This document shows, piece after piece, positions 57,355 to 64,000 of a stretch of DNA of 64,000 nucleotides. Position 1 is the first letter of the stretch; every line of letters starts with the position of its first letter. The DNA is from Candidatus Latescibacterota bacterium (GTDB taxonomy: Bacteria; Latescibacterota; UBA2968; UBA8231): the NCBI GenBank assembly GCA_965248265.1, contig CBDFJF010000001.1, positions 2,336,001-2,400,000 of the forward strand. The letters run 5' to 3'. The notes beneath the pieces were generated by a model, which had not been told where the DNA came from, did no database searches, and saw only the letters and a list, made by a program, of their open reading frames with translations. The position numbers were made by a program, and so were the translations under genes.

Positions 57355-59682
57355 TCAGCCACTGACCGCCATAATCGACGACGACTCCTGCTGGGTCATT
57401 ACCAGCTTGTAGAAGAACCCCTTGCGTTCCATCAGCTCCTCATGGGTACCGACCTCCGCCACCTTACCGTCATCGAGGACGACGAGGCGATCGGCACTCC
57501 TCAATGTCGACAATCGGTGCGCGATGGCAAAAGTCGTCCTGCCCTTCACCAGGCGGGCGATCGCCTGCTGGATCTTGGCCTCCGTTGGTGTGTCAAGGGA
57601 GGAGGTCGCCTCGTCTAGAATGAGAATCTTCGGATCGTGCAGGATCGCGCGGGCGATCGCGAGGCGCTGCTTCTCCCCGCCCGAGAGTTTGTCACCGCTT
57701 TCGCCGACGACCATGTCATAGCCCTCCGGCTTGGTGATGATGAACTCGTGGGCGTTGGCCGCCTTGGAAGCACGGAGCACATCCTCGAAGGTAGCTCCCG
57801 GTTTTCCATAGCTGATATTCTCGGCAATCGTCGAATTGAACAAAAAAGACTGCTGCGCCACGAGCCCCGTTTGCCGGCGCAGATCTTCCAGACGCAGATC
57901 GCGGATGTCGACCCCGTCTATCTGGAGGCTGCCGCGAGTCACATCATAAAATCGGGTGATCAGATTGATCATCGTCGTCTTACCCACCCCCGACTTGCCC
58001 ACCAGGCCAATCATCTCTCCCGGTTTGACTGCCAGATCTACGTCCTTGAGTACGGGCTTGCCTGAGTCGTACCCGAAGGAGGCATTACGGAATGTAACGG
58101 CGCCCTGGATGTCCGGGATCGGCACGGCGTCGGGATCCTCGAAGGGCTCCGTATTGGTGTCGATGACCTCGAAAATGCGCTCGGCACCAGCGTAAGCCCG
58201 CAACATGAAGCCGTAAAAATCGCCGAACCATTTCAGGGGTTGATACAACATCCACAGCAGCATGATGAACAGCATCAGATCACCCACCTGGAACGCGTCC
58301 GGGTGGTCGAACTCGTGGATGACCTGACTGCCGCCGAAGTACCAAACCAGGAAGACACCGCAACTCATGATGAAATTGGTAACCAGGAAGAACACGAGCC
58401 AGCTGCGCTCGGATGATACGCTGATGTTTCTGAGGTCGGTGTTGCGACGCTCGAATCGCTCTCCCTCGCGTCGTTCCTGCGCGAACGCTTTGACCACCCG
58501 GATGCCGCGAATCGACTCATTGATGTGGGAGGACAGACGCGACCACTTGGCCGACCAGCGTTGCCAGTAGGAGCCCATCCGCTTCCAGATCAGGCTGCTC
58601 ACGAGGACGATCGGCGGCACCGGCAGCAACACCAGCAGGGCGAGCTGCCAGCTGTTGTAGAACATCAAACCCAGGATACCCACCACCGTCATCGCGTTGA
58701 CGATGACGTAGGGCATATCGAAGATGATGTACGTCTCGACCAGATCGGAATCATTCGACATCCTGGAGATCAGCGAACCGACCTTGCGCTTGTCGTGATA
58801 GCGCAACGGCACATGGTGCATGGCCGTGTAGAGATCGACACGCATTTGCTCCACGGCCCGCAAACCGATGATGGATTGCAGCCAGCGCCGCAAGATCCAG
58901 GCGCCCCAACCGAAGAGATTTGCTCCTAGAGCGATCAGGACGTAGGTCAACAGCAGGGAGAGAGATTCATCGCCATCGGGTGTGGCGGGGGACGGATCGA
59001 TCGCCGGGTCGGCCGCTGCTTTCCAGTACCCGTCCCAGCCCACGAGTACATCGTTGATGATGTGCTTGGTGATGTAGGGTGGCACCAGATCAGTCAGCAC
59101 TTCAGCGATCATGATCAGGATCAGCACCGCCAGCTTGGTGCGATACGTCATCATGTAGCCGATCAACCGGCGCAGCGTGTCCAGCTTGTTCACGCAGGCG
59201 GGGCAAATACCGTCTTTTTCCGGCAACGCTCGATTGCAGGTCTCGCAACGGGTGCGCTCGACTTGCGTCGGCAGGACCATCTCGTCTCCGCGAGACAGCC
59301 GCTGAATGGCTTCCGCCACCTCCGTGAATTTCTGCGCCAGCGAACTGGAGTAGTACAGATGCCGTGATTCCGACCCGTCCGAGCGATCGACCTCGAGCCG
59401 CCCACCACCGACAAGGGCCTCGACACGCGCCTCGCGCACATCGGCCAGAGGCACTGGCGTTGTCTGGTCCGTTCCGTTGGCCGCCACGAACAGCAGCTGG
59501 CGGTCGGTGACGACGAACCAGCGTTCGTCGAAACGCGACATGTCCGCCATGTCGGTGGCGACGCGGATGAGTACGGTCTCGTCGGCGGCTACGTGCCCGG
59601 AGATCGCCCGTTCTACGTCGTCAGGGGGCGCTTCGATGAACGGATGTGGTGCGTCGATGGTTTCCCCCGAGGTGTCCATCAC
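57355..59682 (-). CDS. fused ABC exporter (N-terminal extra domain + Zn ribbon + TMD + NBD)
   Basis: CETC..CPAC, TM helices, GKSGVGKT, LSGGEKQR, ILDEATSSLD, AHRLST. Confidence 0.93.
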   Translation of the reverse strand: MMDTSGETIDAPHPFIEAPPDDVERAISGHVAADETVLIRVATDMADMSRFDERWFVVTDRQLLFVAANGTDQTTPVPLADVREARVEALVGGGRLEVDRSDGSESRHLYYSSSLAQKFTEVAEAIQRLSRGDEMVLPTQVERTRCETCNRALPEKDGICPACVNKLDTLRRLIGYMMTYRTKLAVLILIMIAEVLTDLVPPYITKHIINDVLVGWDGYWKAAADPAIDPSPATPDGDESLSLLLTYVLIALGANLFGWGAWILRRWLQSIIGLRAVEQMRVDLYTAMHHVPLRYHDKRKVGSLISRMSNDSDLVETYIIFDMPYVIVNAMTVVGILGLMFYNSWQLALLVLLPVPPIVLVSSLIWKRMGSYWQRWSAKWSRLSSHINESIRGIRVVKAFAQERREGERFERRNTDLRNISVSSERSWLVFFLVTNFIMSCGVFLVWYFGGSQVIHEFDHPDAFQVGDLMLFIMLLWMLYQPLKWFGDFYGFMLRAYAGAERIFEVIDTNTEPFEDPDAVPIPDIQGAVTFRNASFGYDSGKPVLKDVDLAVKPGEMIGLVGKSGVGKTTMINLITRFYDVTRGSLQIDGVDIRDLRLEDLRRQTGLVAQQSFLFNSTIAENISYGKPGATFEDVLRASKAANAHEFIITKPEGYDMVVGESGDKLSGGEKQRLAIARAILHDPKILILDEATSSLDTPTEAKIQQAIARLVKGRTTFAIAHRLSTLRSADRLVVLDDGKVAEVGTHEELMERKGFFYKLVMTQQESSSIMAVSG

Positions 59683-61949
59683 TCCCCGACTGCGATAATT
59701 CTGGAGGCTTCACGCTGCAGGTTGACGAGTTCGTAAAACGCCCCTTTGCGCTCCATCAACTCCTCGTGCGTGCCGACCTCGATCACCCGTCCGCCGTCGA
59801 GAACCATCAGTCGATCTGCGTGCCTCAACGTCGACAAGCGGTGCGAGACCGCGAAGGTGGTTCGACCTTCGACCATGCGACCGATCGCTTCCTGGATCTG
59901 CTTTTCCGTTTCCACGTCGACGGAAGAGGTCGCTTCATCCAGAATGAGAATACGCGGATTGTGCAGCATGGCCCTGGCGATGGCCACTCTCTGGCGCTCG
60001 CCTCCAGAAAGACTATTGCCTTGCTCGCCAACCTGCGTCTCATAGCCGTCCGGTTTGGCGATGATGAAGTTGTGCGCGTTGGCCAATCGCGCCGCATCGA
60101 TGATCTCCTCAAAACGCGCATCCGGATTACCGTACCCGATGTTCTCAGCAATAGTCCCGCTGAAGAGAACCGGTTCCTGCAGCACGATGCCGATTTGACG
60201 CCGTAGATCCCTCAGTTTTATCCGGCGCAGATCCACCCCGTCAATGGAGATGCTTCCGTGATCGACATCGTAGAAACGGGCTATGAGATTGATCGTCGTC
60301 GTCTTGCCCACGCCCGAGCGGCCGACGAGACCGATCATCTCGCCGGGGCGGACATCGATGTTGACATCGTGCAGGACAGGTTTGCTCTTGTCGTAGCCGA
60401 AGGTTACATGCTCGAAGGTGACGCGGCCCTCCATCCTGGGCATGCGCACGGCATTCGGATCCTCGTACGCTTCAGGCTCGGTATCGATGACTTCAAAGAT
60501 GCGCTCGGCTCCGGCGAAGGCGCGCGTGATCCATGAGTTGACCTGGCCGAACCATTCCAGCGGACCGTATACCATCCACATGTAAGCGAGAATCTGCACC
60601 AGCATGCCGAGGGTGAGCTCACCCTCCATGACTTCCTGACCGCCAAAGAACCAGACGATCAGCACACCCATGCCGGTGAGCAGCGTGATCGTCGAAAAGA
60701 AAATCGTGCGGTTGACGTTGGTGGCGATGCCGGCGTCGTTGGCTTCCGTGTTCACCTTCATGAAGGTGCCGATCTCGCGCTTCTCTTGGGCGAAGGCCTT
60801 GACGACCCGGACCCCGGCGAGTGATTCGGCAGTGCGGTCAGTCAGCTGTGACCATTTCTCATTCCATTTCTTGAACAGGCGGTGCATCCGTTTCCAGAAG
60901 ACGCCGCCCCACAGCAGCAGCGGTGGAATCGGAATCAGCGTCAGGAGGGTCAATTCCCAACTCGTCCACAGCATGAACGCCAGAATGCCGATGATCATCA
61001 GTCCGTTGATGATCAGATAGGGCAAACCGTCGACGATGAATTCCTGCAACCCGCCCGTGTCACGCGTCACCCTCGACATCAGCGCGCCGACGCGCCGCTT
61101 GTCATAGAACTGGAGCGACAACCGCTCCATCTGCTGGTACAGCTCGCTCCGGATATCCGCAGTAGCATGCGCGCCCAGCCAGGTAACTACCCACCCGTGC
61201 ACCCACTCCGCCCCCCAGGCCAACACACGAACGCCGATCAGGCCGAGGACGAGAATCCCCAGAAGCCGCAAGCGCTCGTCAACTGGCCCTTTGTCAAGCA
61301 GAGCATCGTCGATGATGAGCCTGGTCAAGTACGGCGGCATCAATTCGGCGCCCGTCGTCGCCAGCGACGATACCGCCAGGATGACAGCACGCACTCGATA
61401 CGGCGCCATATAGCTGCAGATGCGCTTCAGCGTCGTCCAGCGCTTGATGCAAGCAGGGCAGATACCGTTTTTCTCAGGCAGCAGCCGATTGCATTTCTCG
61501 CATCGGATTCGATCCAGCTCGGGGTTGATGAAGAAATTCTCCCCCTTGCGCAACTGTTCCAGACCGCGAGCCACCTCCGAGAACTTCGGCCCCATCGTAC
61601 CGGAGTACGGCACGATCACTGTCGGCTCTCCGAACCGTTCGATCTCCAGTTGGCCACCACCGACCAGCGGTTCCGTGCGGATCACGCGCATTCGCGACAC
61701 CGGGATGTCCGTCTCATCCAGTGCGCCATTTCGCTGACCGAGCACGACTGCCCGCTTTGGCGTCACCACCACCCATTGCTCTCCCTCGAAGCGCCGATCG
61801 GCACTCAGGTCTGAGCGCACCTGGATTAGCACGTCTTCTCCAGGTTGCAGCACTCCCCGGAGGCGCTCTTCCACGGAGCCCTCGGCCCGTTCCAGAAGCG
61901 CATGCGAAGATGCCTTCGCCGGCGCCTGACGATGCGGTGATGTCGTCAA
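59679..61949 (-). CDS. fused ABC exporter, paralogue of the downstream gene
   Basis: CEKC..CPAC, TM helices, GRSGVGKT, LSGGERQR, ILDEATSSVD, SHRLST. Confidence 0.93.
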   Translation of the reverse strand: MTTSPHRQAPAKASSHALLERAEGSVEERLRGVLQPGEDVLIQVRSDLSADRRFEGEQWVVVTPKRAVVLGQRNGALDETDIPVSRMRVIRTEPLVGGGQLEIERFGEPTVIVPYSGTMGPKFSEVARGLEQLRKGENFFINPELDRIRCEKCNRLLPEKNGICPACIKRWTTLKRICSYMAPYRVRAVILAVSSLATTGAELMPPYLTRLIIDDALLDKGPVDERLRLLGILVLGLIGVRVLAWGAEWVHGWVVTWLGAHATADIRSELYQQMERLSLQFYDKRRVGALMSRVTRDTGGLQEFIVDGLPYLIINGLMIIGILAFMLWTSWELTLLTLIPIPPLLLWGGVFWKRMHRLFKKWNEKWSQLTDRTAESLAGVRVVKAFAQEKREIGTFMKVNTEANDAGIATNVNRTIFFSTITLLTGMGVLIVWFFGGQEVMEGELTLGMLVQILAYMWMVYGPLEWFGQVNSWITRAFAGAERIFEVIDTEPEAYEDPNAVRMPRMEGRVTFEHVTFGYDKSKPVLHDVNIDVRPGEMIGLVGRSGVGKTTTINLIARFYDVDHGSISIDGVDLRRIKLRDLRRQIGIVLQEPVLFSGTIAENIGYGNPDARFEEIIDAARLANAHNFIIAKPDGYETQVGEQGNSLSGGERQRVAIARAMLHNPRILILDEATSSVDVETEKQIQEAIGRMVEGRTTFAVSHRLSTLRHADRLMVLDGGRVIEVGTHEELMERKGAFYELVNLQREASRIIAVGE

Positions 61950-62027
61950 GACAGTTGCGTCCGTACCGATTTAATCATTCATCAAATGTCCGCTCCATCC
62001 GCCATACGCGCCACAGCGCGAGCTAGC

Positions 62028-62279
62028 TCAAAGTATCGACTCCAGTGTCTCCTCAAGGTCCAGCGTCTCCTCGAGGTCCAGTATCTCCTCGACCTCTGGA
62101 CTCCGCGACCTGGCCTGCTCACGCCGCCGGCGTTGTCGGGCGAATGGGGTCTCGATTCCGTAGAGGCGACAGAGGCGGCCGAAGGTGCCACCGGCAATAC
62201 CCAGGGCCCTGCTGGCCTCCTGGTTGCTGGCATAGACACGAGCAGCCCGCTCGATCCAGTCCTGCGGTATTTTCTGCAT
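62028..62279 (-). CDS. small Fis-like HTH protein (83 aa)
   Basis: IERAARVYASNQEASRALGIAGGTFGRLCRLYGI; purine-rich RBS before ATG 62279; EExLDL repeats at C-terminus. Confidence 0.75.
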   Translation of the reverse strand: MQKIPQDWIERAARVYASNQEASRALGIAGGTFGRLCRLYGIETPFARQRRRREQARSRSPEVEEILDLEETLDLEETLESIL

Positions 62280-62334
62280 GGTCCCTCTTCCTCGTTTGTG
62301 TTGCCACGTCCACTCGCGGCAACCGGTGATGCAC

Positions 62335-62423
62335 AAAAAAATGGCTGCGGTCCTCCGGATTTTTCTCTTCCTCCGCAGGCCCGCAGCCAAAAAAAAACCG
62401 TAGGGAATCGCTCCCTACGGTTT
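62335..62423 (-). terminator. two tandem intrinsic terminator-like hairpins
   Basis: AAACCGTAGGGA/TCCCTACGGTTT with U-tract (62389-62423); GGCTGCGG/CCGCAGCC with U-tract (62335-62388). Confidence 0.8.
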
Positions 62424-62746
62424 GAGTGTCTCAGTTGTGAGTTCTCTCAACCTCCGGGATCCCCCGTCGCTGCGGGCCTCATTTCGGGCTTATGGCTTAC
62501 CGAGTTAATCTTCATCGCCCGTGGCGCGTTCGCGGCGCTTTGGGCATTAAGCCCCATCCGATTTGCCGTCATCTGCTCAAAATCACACCGGCCGCACCAG
62601 CTCATACGCGGACCGGTCTGCCTGGCAGAGACATCGGATTGTTTGACGTTGTCTATCCTCATCGCTTTTACGGGTTTTCGCCGTCGGTTTAGAGGTTGCA
62701 TCAATTCATCTGGCGGAAGCGATCGATGTTCGCTATCGCTCACCAG
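62389..62746 (-). ncRNA. candidate ~355-nt structured ncRNA or leader
   Basis: TTGACA at 62777-62772, nested helices, terminator at the 3' end; overlapping 98-aa ORF has atypical codon usage. Confidence 0.5.
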
Positions 62747-62884
62747 CTAACTAACCGGCCGCACCTAACAATGTCAAGAGGTAAAATGAGCATCCATCCA
62801 TTTCTTTTCAATTTTCGCTTCTCTCCTATATTAACAGCCGGTTATGACTCCATGCAGCGCTACCAGTGATTATTGCCATGAACT

Positions 62885-63697
62885 ATGACTGAGGTCCAGC
62901 CCAAAACCGAGACGACTCGCACCCGGGTCGACATCGAGGCCGCCAACAAGCGTCTCGAAACCCTGATCCAGGAGACGGACTTCGAGGTGATGTCTCCTCA
63001 GGACCTCCTGAGCTGGGTTGGTGAAACCTTCGAGCCCTCTCATGCCGTCGTCAGCACCAGCTTTCAGTATTCCGGCATGGCAACCGTTCACATGCTGCAC
63101 GAACTGGGGTTGCATCTGCGTGTAGCCACCGTCGACACCTTCCGGCTGCATCCCGAAACCTACGCCTTCATTCGGGAAGTCGAACAGCGCTACGGAATCG
63201 AGATCGAGGTGCATCGTCCTGACGCCGCTGAAGTGGAAAGCATGATCCAGCGTTTTGGCGAATACCTGTTTTTCGATTCCAAGGCCAAACAGGAGTACTG
63301 CTGCCAGGTCCGCAAAACACGCCCCCACGACCGCTTGCTTACCACTGCCGACTGCTGGATTACCGGCCTTCGAAGGGACCAGTCTCCCGCGCGCGCGCAG
63401 ACGCCCAAGGCGATGACGGTCTCAGAGTACGGCAGCCGCCGCCAAATCATGAAGCTCAATCCGCTGGCTGATTGGACGGAGAAGCAGCTGCTCGAATACA
63501 CCGAAGCCAACAAGATTCCCGTGAATGGACTCTACGCTCAGGGGTATGAGAGTATCGGTTGCATGATTTGCTCAACCCCCACATCCGCTGGTGAGCCCCC
63601 GCGCGCGGGCCGCTGGCGCTGGTTCAACAACGATGAAGAGATGAGCCAAGAGGACCTCAAAGAGTGCGGTCTGCACGTGCCGATGTACCAGATCTGA
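62885..63697 (+). CDS. cysH: APS/PAPS reductase (thioredoxin), Fe-S type
   Basis: DTFRLHPETY, CCQVRK..P, WITGLRRDQS..R, NPLADW, GYESIGCMIC, RAGRW, KECGLH. Confidence 0.93.
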   Translation: MTEVQPKTETTRTRVDIEAANKRLETLIQETDFEVMSPQDLLSWVGETFEPSHAVVSTSFQYSGMATVHMLHELGLHLRVATVDTFRLHPETYAFIREVEQRYGIEIEVHRPDAAEVESMIQRFGEYLFFDSKAKQEYCCQVRKTRPHDRLLTTADCWITGLRRDQSPARAQTPKAMTVSEYGSRRQIMKLNPLADWTEKQLLEYTEANKIPVNGLYAQGYESIGCMICSTPTSAGEPPRAGRWRWFNNDEEMSQEDLKECGLHVPMYQI

Positions 63698-63740
63698 GCC
63701 GACTCGTCTACGACTGAGCGTCCCACAGCTGCGAGATCAC

Positions 63741-64000
63741 ATGTCCTCTCCACCTCCTCACCGACTCGACCGCGAGGCCGAGTTTCACAATCAAGCGTTC
63801 ACGGAGAACACGCGGGCGTCAGCTGGCCGATTCTACTCCATCACCGATGCCAGCCAACAGCTCTACTATACGCTGATCTCGAAGGATCCGGCGAGCAACC
63901 ATGCGCTGGAATACGGCTGCGGTCGGGGGGGTTACTGTTTTGAACTCGCCCGCCGGGGCCTGTTCGTGGATGCCATCGACATATCCCCGGCCGGAGTTGA
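63741..64000 (+). CDS. class I SAM-dependent methyltransferase, 3' truncated (not in ORF track)
   Basis: MSSPPPHRLDREAEFHNQAF...ALEYGCGRGG...VDAIDIS, open to window end. Confidence 0.8.
   Translation, partial: MSSPPPHRLDREAEFHNQAFTENTRASAGRFYSITDASQQLYYTLISKDPASNHALEYGCGRGGYCFELARRGLFVDAIDISPAGV

Noticed and set aside
62480-62560. c-di-AMP (ydaO) riboswitch resemblance (UAACUCGGUAAGC, GGGGCUUAAU)
   Set aside because: The other conserved blocks are absent or out of order
62447-62743. 98-aa protein-coding gene
   Set aside because: Atypical codon usage, no RBS, no recognisable fold; the region is better explained by RNA structure

Overview
A GC-rich bacterial chromosomal window of core and catabolic genes with no mobile elements, CRISPR, rRNA or tRNA that I can recognise. 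The mix of genes (sulfatase, PhyH dioxygenase, SDRs, DUF1854/ABC pair, Bacteroidetes/spirochaete-type ParC/ParE) loosely suggests an FCB-group lineage such as Latescibacterota; this is weak inference. Recognisable genes include hemL, a CpxP/R/A-like module, lhr, a GH3 hexosaminidase, E1 alpha/beta, arfB, a sigma-70 factor, pepF, parC/parE, a DEAD-box helicase, gltX, glnS, dapL, nadA, xylA, murB, glcF and cysH. The main signals the ORF track misses are: (1) a complete sigma-54 promoter with paired enhancer sites just downstream of an NtrB/NtrC-type system, driving only a ~110-nt structured RNA (21205-21316, minus); (2) two UGA-interrupted redox genes, AhpD-like CxxU and DsbA/FrnE-like UxxC, each followed by a SECIS-like hairpin with the same CCGUGC apex; (3) a stand-alone rpsR with its own promoter and an apparent AUC start; (4) a ~355-nt structured ncRNA or leader ahead of a small HTH gene and the ABC/DUF1854 cluster; (5) a HisKA_3 kinase with a degenerate ATPase domain, and a small RHH-like gene coupled to nadA. 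Two single-site frameshifts look like assembly errors. All calls are by eye; no database search was run.
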